Shown: positions 37,542-46,184 of the stretch, piece after piece
How the letters are laid out: each line of letters begins with the position of its first letter
How positions within the stretch are numbered: position 1 is the stretch's first letter
Origin: a virus
DNA: 64,000 nucleotides
Virus record (IMG/VR): IMGVR_UViG_3300031994_000005
Strand: one strand, 5' to 3'
The notes under the pieces: generated by a model
What the model was told of the DNA's origin: nothing
Seen by the model: the letters and a program-made list of their open reading frames with translations, nothing else
Database searches by the model: none
Position numbers and translations under genes: made by a program

Positions 37542-39401
37542 TTATTTTAGTAACCACATACTTGCCTTATATGCTTCAGAACGTCCGTCTTGAATATTAC
37601 TTGACCTATATGCCGGCATAACATATTTTGTTGTTATTTCTGATTTATTGATTTTTGGTGTCGCCTTGAAATCGATTCTGCAATTTGCTTCTATCATAGC
37701 CCTCAGCATTGCTTCGTCCTTACTCTTTGCTTCTATCTGCCTATTCATCGAATACTGCATCACAAATAGTCCCATTGCGAGACAAGTAAGTGTATCATCA
37801 TGACAACCATCCATGTGGTCCATTTTGCCATTCTTGTATATCCAAGTCTCCAATTCGTTTATAACACGTTTTGAACGAATCTTAAACTGATTTGTCTTCA
37901 CTAAATTGGCAAAGTTAGACAACATTTGGAATCTTACTGCATTACTGTGGAAGCCCGGAAGTTTACCATCACTCGACATCATTCCAGATACGCTTCTACC
38001 CTGCATTGTATACTTGTTCAATTCGGGGTCATCATAATACAGTGCGGGATATTTCAAATTTAACAATGTCAATAGTGTTGCATCACCGTATCCACCTATT
38101 GATTCGACAACACAGAATGCATTATTGTACATTCTACCATAATTGTTTGCTATTTCACCGATTGTGTCACCGAATAATTTACCGTTATATTCCAACACTT
38201 GTTCGATACAAGGCAATCCGTTGTCGTCTATACCGTCTATGTCGATTATTTCAAGGGCTGTGGCATCTTCAGAATCACCTCTTGAATTATCGATACACAT
38301 TATGTATCTGTGTCCTTCGAATGGCTCTTTCCATACCCACGTTTCTTCTAACATTGGGTCCTTGAAACTCGGGTTCGGGTCTCTTGAATTGATATTTTCC
38401 TGCATTTCAATATATTCAGGAGCAACAACGTTATCAGAAGAACCGAGGAATGATACATCAAGTTCCTGTGCTATCTTTTGTGAATCATTATTGAATGAAC
38501 CACACATCTTGACATACCAAGGAGAAGACGGTTTATATCCTTTACGGACCATTTCAGCCCAATGTTCCTCGTTGTACTCAATATTACCCTTATCATCAAG
38601 TACTTGTTCCTTTACAACTTCTTTCTTTCCTGTTTCCTCATTTTTCCTATGCCATTCAAGGTAGCGGTTGTATCTTGGGTCTTGGTACCATTTGAACTCT
38701 ACCAATGTGAAACCATTCGTACCCTCTCTTGCTTGTCTGCAAGTCTTATAATACAGTTGGTCCTTACCGTTCGGTGTGGAAATCATAACAATATGTCCAC
38801 CAGTTGACACTGTAGCAACCGCGGATGCATATACATCATTACCATTCTCAATGAACGCAGCCTCATCGAAGATAAGCCAAGTGACACCACCGACACCACG
38901 AGATGCGTCCGGACCTGATGAACGCGCTACAACACGACATCCGTTCGTGAGTTTAAGTTCCTTTGTATTACAGATTTCAAAGATTTTCTTCCTGTTCTTC
39001 TCACTTTTTGGATCCGGATCCCAATACTCTTCACCAAACATCCATCTTGGGAATTGGTAAAGAAATTCCCTTATCTTTGTGACCATCTGTTGTGCAAGGT
39101 CAAGAGTGTTTCCTATACATAGAATGGTTATTGGTGATTCGGGGTCAGCCAACACAATCTCACAAGACATAAAGGCTGCGGTTGTGGTCGTAACACCCGC
39201 CTGACGTGGTTTTTCAGTACATACGTCAGAATTACTTCCCAACGCTTGACAATGTATCTTTTGTCTTGGGAAGAGTTTATATTGAACGTCCTTCCTTTGT
39301 GTTGCGTCATATGTTTTAAGGAAGTGCTCAATCATGTAAATTCTTGACTTGTCAGAATAGCATTTGACAAATTCTTCTGACATTTCGTTAACATCTAACA
39401 T
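37542..39401 (-). CDS. Terminase large subunit (gp17-like)
   Basis: KPRQAGVTT, LIFDEAAF, ISTPNG, QEL..SF, D.SRG...D, HDD...LA. Confidence 0.93.
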   Translation of the reverse strand: MLDVNEMSEEFVKCYSDKSRIYMIEHFLKTYDATQRKDVQYKLFPRQKIHCQALGSNSDVCTEKPRQAGVTTTTAAFMSCEIVLADPESPITILCIGNTLDLAQQMVTKIREFLYQFPRWMFGEEYWDPDPKSEKNRKKIFEICNTKELKLTNGCRVVARSSGPDASRGVGGVTWLIFDEAAFIENGNDVYASAVATVSTGGHIVMISTPNGKDQLYYKTCRQAREGTNGFTLVEFKWYQDPRYNRYLEWHRKNEETGKKEVVKEQVLDDKGNIEYNEEHWAEMVRKGYKPSSPWYVKMCGSFNNDSQKIAQELDVSFLGSSDNVVAPEYIEMQENINSRDPNPSFKDPMLEETWVWKEPFEGHRYIMCIDNSRGDSEDATALEIIDIDGIDDNGLPCIEQVLEYNGKLFGDTIGEIANNYGRMYNNAFCVVESIGGYGDATLLTLLNLKYPALYYDDPELNKYTMQGRSVSGMMSSDGKLPGFHSNAVRFQMLSNFANLVKTNQFKIRSKRVINELETWIYKNGKMDHMDGCHDDTLTCLAMGLFVMQYSMNRQIEAKSKDEAMLRAMIEANCRIDFKATPKINKSEITTKYVMPAYRSSNIQDGRSEAYKASMWLLK

Positions 39402-39499
39402 AAAAAGTTGACCTATATAGTAATAAATACCATTGATAATGGAAATTGTCAATATTATTTTTAACTATAAAAATATTTATATAAAAATAGTGCACTATT

Positions 39500-41146
39500 A
39501 TGAATAAAGAATTTAAAAGGGATTTAGCAAATATGTTTTCCCTTATGGAACGTATGGAAAAACATGCTACGCTGAATGAGGCTGAAGGTAATAAAAATTT
39601 TTATGTAAACGAAGCATATAGTCCGAATGGTGCTAAAGTTTTTGTCGACATCTATAGTACAGGTAATAACAATTACGGTGTTAAAATCGGCGGAATTTGG
39701 GCTGAGGATGCTGATGAAATAAATGCAAATTTTGGTGTAAACGTTATACCAGACCCGAATAATAAGATGTTTGCTTATTTGGATTTTGGTGAATGTGGTA
39801 CTATCGAAGAAATTGTTGGTCTAATTCAGGAAAACATCGTTGATACAGGTGTTTTTGATATGGCAACAGGTCAATATGACAAAGCATCCGTGGCTAATTT
39901 ATCTAATAAAGACACATGGCACTTTGCAACCGGCGGAAGAGATGTGCCCGATGATAAACAGAAACTTTTGTCTGACATTAAAAACAAAAATATTGCACAA
40001 TTAAAGCAAGATTTGGCAAACATGTTAAGCAGCAATGACTATTCAAGTTTTGATGCCAATAAGTTAGGACAATTAATCATTAATTTAGAACGCCAATATG
40101 GTAATCAGTTGTCGCAAAACAACATACGCGCTATCGAAGAACAGGCTGCTAACTACGGTTTGCAGCCGGGTGACCCGGATTACCCAACTTTTGTCGTTTC
40201 TGAAAAAACATGGGTTGAGAAATTTGGAAGACAAGTAAAGCCTGACGCAAAGTATCCTTATTACATTGAGGCCAATAAAGCACGTCAATCATCCAAAAAA
40301 ACGAAAGTTGATAAGGCACAGGCTCGTGGATGGGATGTGAATGACAAAAGCGACCTTGATAATCTTTCGGCGCAGGTTAACTATAAATTAGGCTTCAATG
40401 ATGATGAAAAAAATTACGGTAGGTCAAAGGCATTTAATATAACTGATACTGAAGATGTAACCGGTGTTGATAAATTCTTAAATGAAATGGGTCTCCTTAA
40501 TAACTTGACCGGTGAACTTAATGATCTCGCAAAAAAGGATAAGGAAGAATATGAAAAGAGAAAAGAGGCTGCAATGAATCCCGAAGAACTTGAAGCACAT
40601 AATGAAGAGAAAAGAACCGAAATCGAGGTTAAATTACTTGGAAAAACACTTGAGGTGGTTTGTAATAATATGTTTTCATTAAACGTTAAATTTAACGAAA
40701 ATGCTCCACTGCAAAGTTATATAAACCTTATTAGAACTGCGGTTGAAAAATCTGCTGAAGGTAAAATTCTCAAGAAAGACCGCTTAAACGCTGTCGTAAG
40801 TTGTGCTTCCTTGTTCATTGCTAATAGGTTAAAGGGCATTGGTGCACAGGAATTATTCCAAATAGCACAAAAAGACGGTGCTGTTGGTCCTTACGGAACG
40901 GGAAAACAATATGCGGACGATATTATCAGTATTGCACAGCCGATTCTGAAAGGAATTGAGAGAATTTATCCTTCTATTGAAAAGGATTATGTGGACGCAC
41001 ATTCAGCAAAACAACAGGCAACCGCACAAGCCGCAACAACAAGCGATGACACACAGAGTTATTCACCGGTTGCTGAAGCCGTCTTGAAAAAAATGGAAAA
41101 ACTAATGAAAGACCCGATTATAGTCGATGGAAAAACATTATTTTAG
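39500..41146 (+). CDS. Hypothetical late protein with central ArdC-N-like domain
   Basis: S.NN...I..Q...PTFV.S.KTW..KFGRQVK..AK...I...F.I.DT pattern; LNE/VNE sites near the N-terminus. Confidence 0.6.
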   Translation: MNKEFKRDLANMFSLMERMEKHATLNEAEGNKNFYVNEAYSPNGAKVFVDIYSTGNNNYGVKIGGIWAEDADEINANFGVNVIPDPNNKMFAYLDFGECGTIEEIVGLIQENIVDTGVFDMATGQYDKASVANLSNKDTWHFATGGRDVPDDKQKLLSDIKNKNIAQLKQDLANMLSSNDYSSFDANKLGQLIINLERQYGNQLSQNNIRAIEEQAANYGLQPGDPDYPTFVVSEKTWVEKFGRQVKPDAKYPYYIEANKARQSSKKTKVDKAQARGWDVNDKSDLDNLSAQVNYKLGFNDDEKNYGRSKAFNITDTEDVTGVDKFLNEMGLLNNLTGELNDLAKKDKEEYEKRKEAAMNPEELEAHNEEKRTEIEVKLLGKTLEVVCNNMFSLNVKFNENAPLQSYINLIRTAVEKSAEGKILKKDRLNAVVSCASLFIANRLKGIGAQELFQIAQKDGAVGPYGTGKQYADDIISIAQPILKGIERIYPSIEKDYVDAHSAKQQATAQAATTSDDTQSYSPVAEAVLKKMEKLMKDPIIVDGKTLF

Positions 41147-41166
41147 AAAATTAATATTAAAATCGG

Positions 41167-42378
41167 ATGGATAAAAATAGATATCTTAAAAACGTTATAG
41201 AGACCTGTATAACTGAATCTATTGAGGAATACAGAAACTTCGACGGTTCATTTGAGGATTTTAGAAAACGATACCCAATTCATTATCAGAGTGATAGGGG
41301 AAAGGGTATTGGTGGTAGAGTCTATCTGTATGCCATTGCTCCAAGTTCCTCTGTACCATCAATATTTAAAAATGGACAGGATATTGAATTTTCAGGTAGT
41401 GGTGAAGGTACTAATTGGTACGGTGCGGCTTTCTATGGCACATGGGATTATGAATCTGCATATAAGAACTTAAAAGACGGTAAAGGCGGATGTTATGGCA
41501 ATACTATTGTTAAATACGTTCTAAAGGATGGGTTTAAAGATTTCATTATTTTTGACGCTGACTTGAGAGCACAGTATGGAATAAAGGAAAGTCCGTCTGA
41601 ACAAATAAGAATGCTTATGAGTGATGAGGATTATAATTCTTATGACGAACACCTTAGACATTCCGATTATGTTAATTCTACGGACCAAGCATTAGGTATA
41701 AAGTTTATTGATAAACCGATGTCCCAATTAAGATCATATCGCGGCGGTAGGCTTAGTGCAGGTAGCGGTGGTTTTAATCCTGCAAAGAACTTTTGGGAGT
41801 TTTTCAAAGGTGGCCCACAAGAATTGAAAGATAGTGGTAGGGCTAAGATATGGCAGGAATATGCTTTAAAGAATTCTAAGGTTAGAGGATTTGCATTTGA
41901 TGGCGGACAGGACCCACATACCGTTGTGGTAAAGAACTTTAAGGATGTAATGCCAATAGGTTTTGTTAAAGACCCAACCAGCCCGAATGAAAAGGGTGTT
42001 GAATGGGATACAAAATATGCAACAGAAGAGGGCTTCAATAATATCAATTCTTCTGAAGACATAAATTGGCGTTATGGAGGAAAATACAGGGAGACAAAGT
42101 ATGACACAAAGGCAACTTTCGATTTTGCAAGGGTAAAGGATGGCAATGGTTTTAATTACGTCAATCTAAAGGATGATAGTGAAGTACTACCGGTACCCGC
42201 AAGTAATGCATTAGACTTCGGTCCAGATAAGAAGGCTACATTTATGATTGATGGCATTGAGCATCAGGCAAGAATAATGCCAAACGGCGATGTGAAATTA
42301 TTTTGGAGATCATCAGGGTTCCCACTCTCGAAGGAAATGTTTGCCAAGAAAATAGAAGCGGAAAGAAATAGGGGTTAA
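41167..42378 (+). CDS. ADP-ribosyltransferase-fold-like protein (paralog 1)
   Basis: SIFKNG...YGAAFYGT...A...YG.TIVK; paralog of the next gene; leader-like IETCITESIEE. Confidence 0.55.
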   Translation: MDKNRYLKNVIETCITESIEEYRNFDGSFEDFRKRYPIHYQSDRGKGIGGRVYLYAIAPSSSVPSIFKNGQDIEFSGSGEGTNWYGAAFYGTWDYESAYKNLKDGKGGCYGNTIVKYVLKDGFKDFIIFDADLRAQYGIKESPSEQIRMLMSDEDYNSYDEHLRHSDYVNSTDQALGIKFIDKPMSQLRSYRGGRLSAGSGGFNPAKNFWEFFKGGPQELKDSGRAKIWQEYALKNSKVRGFAFDGGQDPHTVVVKNFKDVMPIGFVKDPTSPNEKGVEWDTKYATEEGFNNINSSEDINWRYGGKYRETKYDTKATFDFARVKDGNGFNYVNLKDDSEVLPVPASNALDFGPDKKATFMIDGIEHQARIMPNGDVKLFWRSSGFPLSKEMFAKKIEAERNRG

Positions 42379-42383
42379 GAATT

Positions 42384-43535
42384 ATGAGTGATAAAGAATA
42401 TTTGGAAAATATCATAAAAACGTGTTTGAAGGAATCCGTTGATGAATACTTAGACACTGATTATGAGGGTTATAAGAAAATCTCGAATGATACCGCTAAC
42501 GATTTTTGGCGATGGTATTCCAAAAACAGTAACCCACATGAATACGGAATTTCACCAGGTAGCGGTGATGCACCGACAAGTAATAATATGATAGTATATC
42601 ATAGTTGCAAACCAGACGCACTCAGTGGACTTATCAAAAACGGTTTTTCAAGAGAATTTACTGCGGACAATGGCAATTGTTATGGTAGCGGTGTTTATAC
42701 AACATTAACACCAACAACTCAAACAGACTATTATGGTGCATCAATTGTTAAATGTATTCTTGTTGATGGTCTGAAAGACTTCATTATTTTCCCAAAAGAC
42801 CTCAGAGATAAATTTCATGGGAGAGGTATATCTTTACAGCAGGAAATTGAAAATGTAATTGGAAAGGATCCTGAAGCAATGGCTGAAATTAAACGCAGAA
42901 CATCATATGATAGATATACAGAACACGGTGATAACGCACACCATTTTAGCCATAATACAACAGGTCATAGAATACAGGATGAAAATGGGCTTTACACTCG
43001 TCAATATGACGAACACCTACTTAATAAGGCAGGTGTAAGGGGGTTTGTTTACAGAGATGGTCACGGAATCGTTGTTTTAGTCAGGGATTTTAATTCCCTA
43101 ATACCATATCAGGTTGTGAAAAACCGTAAAACATTTGATTTATCAACATGGGGAAGAAATTGGGAATACATGATGAACAACGAGGATGATTTCAACAACG
43201 TTAATAACAATACGGATGTATATTATAGTTTTTCCGGTAAGTATCCCAAAACTCATCCATATGAAACACAACGTTTTGGATATGCAAGGGTTAGAGATAA
43301 CAATGGTTTTAACTATGCGAACGTAAGAACTAAGGAAGAAGTTTTACCTGTGGCGGCTAAACAAGCACTACCATTTGGACCCGACAAGAAGGCTACATTT
43401 ATGATTGACGGCATTGAACATCAGGCAAGGATAATGCCGAATGGTGATGTGAAACTGTTTTGGAAAGGCTCGGGTTTTCCTCTTTCAAAAGAAATGTTTG
43501 CAAGAAAATTAGAAATGGATAAAAATAATAAATAA
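42384..43535 (+). CDS. ADP-ribosyltransferase-fold-like protein (paralog 2)
   Basis: VYHS.....L..LIKNGF......YGSGVYT resembles the PARP-type YHGT...GF...YG.G.YF signature. Confidence 0.6.
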   Translation: MSDKEYLENIIKTCLKESVDEYLDTDYEGYKKISNDTANDFWRWYSKNSNPHEYGISPGSGDAPTSNNMIVYHSCKPDALSGLIKNGFSREFTADNGNCYGSGVYTTLTPTTQTDYYGASIVKCILVDGLKDFIIFPKDLRDKFHGRGISLQQEIENVIGKDPEAMAEIKRRTSYDRYTEHGDNAHHFSHNTTGHRIQDENGLYTRQYDEHLLNKAGVRGFVYRDGHGIVVLVRDFNSLIPYQVVKNRKTFDLSTWGRNWEYMMNNEDDFNNVNNNTDVYYSFSGKYPKTHPYETQRFGYARVRDNNGFNYANVRTKEEVLPVAAKQALPFGPDKKATFMIDGIEHQARIMPNGDVKLFWKGSGFPLSKEMFARKLEMDKNNK

Positions 43536-43553
43536 AATAAACAAAATAAGAGA

Positions 43554-44042
43554 ATGGCTAAAATAAAATTAACGGAAAGCAATTTGAGAGAAATAATTTC
43601 TGAGGCAGTAAAAAGTGTATTGTTTGAGGGTGACCACATAGACATACAGGATGGTTACAATGGAATGGACCCAAATGATTATGCCGTTGAGGATGCACTT
43701 AGAAAACAGGAGGAAGAAGAAAGAATGTCAAATTATGGTGTAACATTCCTTCGTGGAAGCGCTGAAGAGGTGACTAAAATGATACAACAAGAGGGCGGTT
43801 TCTCGCAACCTGAGTATTACACCTCATATTATGGGAAGGGCGTTGTCATAATGGTAGGACCAAGTGCCAAAAGCATAAACTCTAACGGTTACACAAAGAT
43901 CGTCATAGATATGGGAAAACTGCTTAAAAGCGGTGTGAAGGTTAAGAAAATTGACGATGACAAATACAAATACCAAAATAATGGTATGTGGCAGTGTCTT
44001 GCTGATTTTGTTCCGGCAGATTGTATTATAGACGTGGAATAA
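43554..44042 (+). CDS. Leader-bearing protein with KptA/Tpt1-like (ART-fold) C-terminus
   Basis: MAKIKLTESNLREIISEAV; C-terminal I.ID...L...G......NG.W....VP...I. Confidence 0.55.
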   Translation: MAKIKLTESNLREIISEAVKSVLFEGDHIDIQDGYNGMDPNDYAVEDALRKQEEEERMSNYGVTFLRGSAEEVTKMIQQEGGFSQPEYYTSYYGKGVVIMVGPSAKSINSNGYTKIVIDMGKLLKSGVKVKKIDDDKYKYQNNGMWQCLADFVPADCIIDVE

Positions 44043-44049
44043 AGACATT

Positions 44050-44082
44050 AAAAATGGGGACTTAAAAATCCCCATTTTTTTT
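44050..44082. terminator. Bidirectional terminator
   Basis: aaaaatgggga/tccccattttt. Confidence 0.75.
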
Positions 44083-45209
44083 TACACTACTATCATCTTC
44101 ATTGGCTTACCACTGAGAACCTTTGCCATACTATCCATAAGTTCTGCTTGTTTCTGCATTACATAGTATGGCGTCATCCTTTCGAGACGTTTGTCGATAG
44201 ATTCCATTACAGCATCATATTCTTTGTCCGCCTGTTGTGATAACAAACCATAATCCAATTGCATTTCAGCGTCGTGGATGTTAACCTTGCCACTGAATTT
44301 TCCTCTTACAAGTGCAAGAGTTTGTTTTGCCTTCGCTATAAATAGTTTTCTGACAATAGTTTTTGTCGGTTCATTAAGGAATGTGTAATCTATCTTGTCC
44401 AAAGGCACTTGATCCGGTGTCAACATCACATTCGGATTTTGTCTTCTACATTCGTCAGCATCGTTTGCATCGGCAACGTCATAGTATGTATACCAAACCT
44501 GACAACCAACAAGACTAAGACTACCATTAGTTGTCAATGTACTACCAAAACTCAATTTAGAACCCGGTGTTGAATACAGGTGAATAATTCTCGTACCATC
44601 AGGACCGGCAGTTACCTTGTATGTCAGGTCACCCCTAAGCAATCTGTTCTTATATGCTAAGTCCGTGGCCATATATGCAATATCCATACTCTGTGCGATG
44701 TAGAAACCGCCAATAGGTCCAAAACTACCACCACCGGCTTGTCCGTATCCACCTGCGAAACCAAGAGTGTCTAAGCCGCCATAGTTGGCATATAATGCAG
44801 CCTGAGATGTTGAAGGATTACAGTACATCACATTGTTTATTTCCCTTCCTGCGGGAACAAGATAACTCTGTTTTCCTTCTTCAATGGTGATGAAGTCCTT
44901 CTTTAATTCCCAAGGTCCTCTTTGTTGAAGTCCTGCTTCTCTTGAGAACCAATAACTGAAATCCCTTGACATATCAAGCGTCCTTACGGAAAGAGCATAT
45001 GCCATATCTATATTTGAGACGTTTTTACCATACAGGGTAGCCCATTGGTTTTCGATAAGCCAATTCTGAACTCTTTCAGCATAATCCTCTATTGACATCG
45101 ATAACAAGTCACATAACTGTTGGTCTGTAAGTTCAACCTTTACAAGCGGTGCGCCGAGAGCACTTCTGCACTTTTTAAACAAACCCAATATTTCGTCAGT
45201 AATTTTCAT
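44082..45209 (-). CDS. Neck/head-completion protein (gp13-like)
   Basis: LGAP.V.VELTD.Q, A.AK..L..VRGKF.G; located in the head cluster. Confidence 0.8.
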   Translation of the reverse strand: MKITDEILGLFKKCRSALGAPLVKVELTDQQLCDLLSMSIEDYAERVQNWLIENQWATLYGKNVSNIDMAYALSVRTLDMSRDFSYWFSREAGLQQRGPWELKKDFITIEEGKQSYLVPAGREINNVMYCNPSTSQAALYANYGGLDTLGFAGGYGQAGGGSFGPIGGFYIAQSMDIAYMATDLAYKNRLLRGDLTYKVTAGPDGTRIIHLYSTPGSKLSFGSTLTTNGSLSLVGCQVWYTYYDVADANDADECRRQNPNVMLTPDQVPLDKIDYTFLNEPTKTIVRKLFIAKAKQTLALVRGKFSGKVNIHDAEMQLDYGLLSQQADKEYDAVMESIDKRLERMTPYYVMQKQAELMDSMAKVLSGKPMKMIVV

Positions 45210-45285
45210 TATTTTAGCGTTTTATAATAAATAGTTTTTCCGTATAAAAGATATTTATTGTAAAGTAGTATAATTTTAACTAATT

Positions 45286-46029
45286 ATGTTAATATCAGAA
45301 GAAAAACTAAATAATATTATATCAGGAACAATTGAAAGAGTGTTATCTGAGGCTCAGGTTAAAATGGACCGTTTTGATGAGGTTGCTAAGATGCTCCAAT
45401 TCAAAAGTCCAGATGAATTCTACTTCTTGTCGATTATGAAAAGAAGGAAGGATAATCCACACGATGACAGGAATAAGGGAAATTATAATCAAGGTGCATG
45501 GTATATCAAGAATTACAGAATATTCTCACCACAGGACCTTCTGAATGTAAAGGATGAGGTGATAAAGTTATGTGAGAAAAACAATGCACGCGCCGTTTTA
45601 ACAATTAACCCACGTTCAGCAAAACAAACTGATGCATTCATTGCACAACAAAAGGCAAGACATCCTCATTGGACACACGTTGAAGACAGAATTCCTGCTC
45701 AGGCAAAGAAAGGTGCAGAATGGAAAGACGCAAGACCGAGAGGAATGCTCGATGTTGATGTTAAACAGAAGTGGGTTCATGACCACGTTTTGAATACTCT
45801 CAAGACTTTAGGAATAGACATCGAGAGCGTTTCAAAAACCCCAAGTGGTGGTTTACATATCGTAGTTAAAAATGGCTATGACCCAAAGATGAAATATGCA
45901 TTAGATGACTTTGCAAAAGTTAATAAAAAATTAGGTACAAGACCTTATGGAAAACTTGCAGCAATCGGTTTTGACCTTGATGCATTTGACACAGTTTATT
46001 CAAATGTGAAGACAGCAGGATATAAATAA
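45286..46029 (+). CDS. Leader-bearing protein with AEP (primase-polymerase)-like motifs
   Basis: MLISEEKLNNIISGTIERVLSE; LDVD and KTPSGGLHIV. Confidence 0.6.
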   Translation: MLISEEKLNNIISGTIERVLSEAQVKMDRFDEVAKMLQFKSPDEFYFLSIMKRRKDNPHDDRNKGNYNQGAWYIKNYRIFSPQDLLNVKDEVIKLCEKNNARAVLTINPRSAKQTDAFIAQQKARHPHWTHVEDRIPAQAKKGAEWKDARPRGMLDVDVKQKWVHDHVLNTLKTLGIDIESVSKTPSGGLHIVVKNGYDPKMKYALDDFAKVNKKLGTRPYGKLAAIGFDLDAFDTVYSNVKTAGYK

Positions 46030-46184
46030 AAAAAAACAAGGATATATAACTTGAACGGGCAATTAATAGATGCAACCAATGATTTGGTTGCATTTTTTGT
46101 TTTTCTTAATATTTACAAAGAGTTATAAAATACTATATTTTACTATGAAAAAGTATTTATAATATAGATTTTAATATTTAAAAT

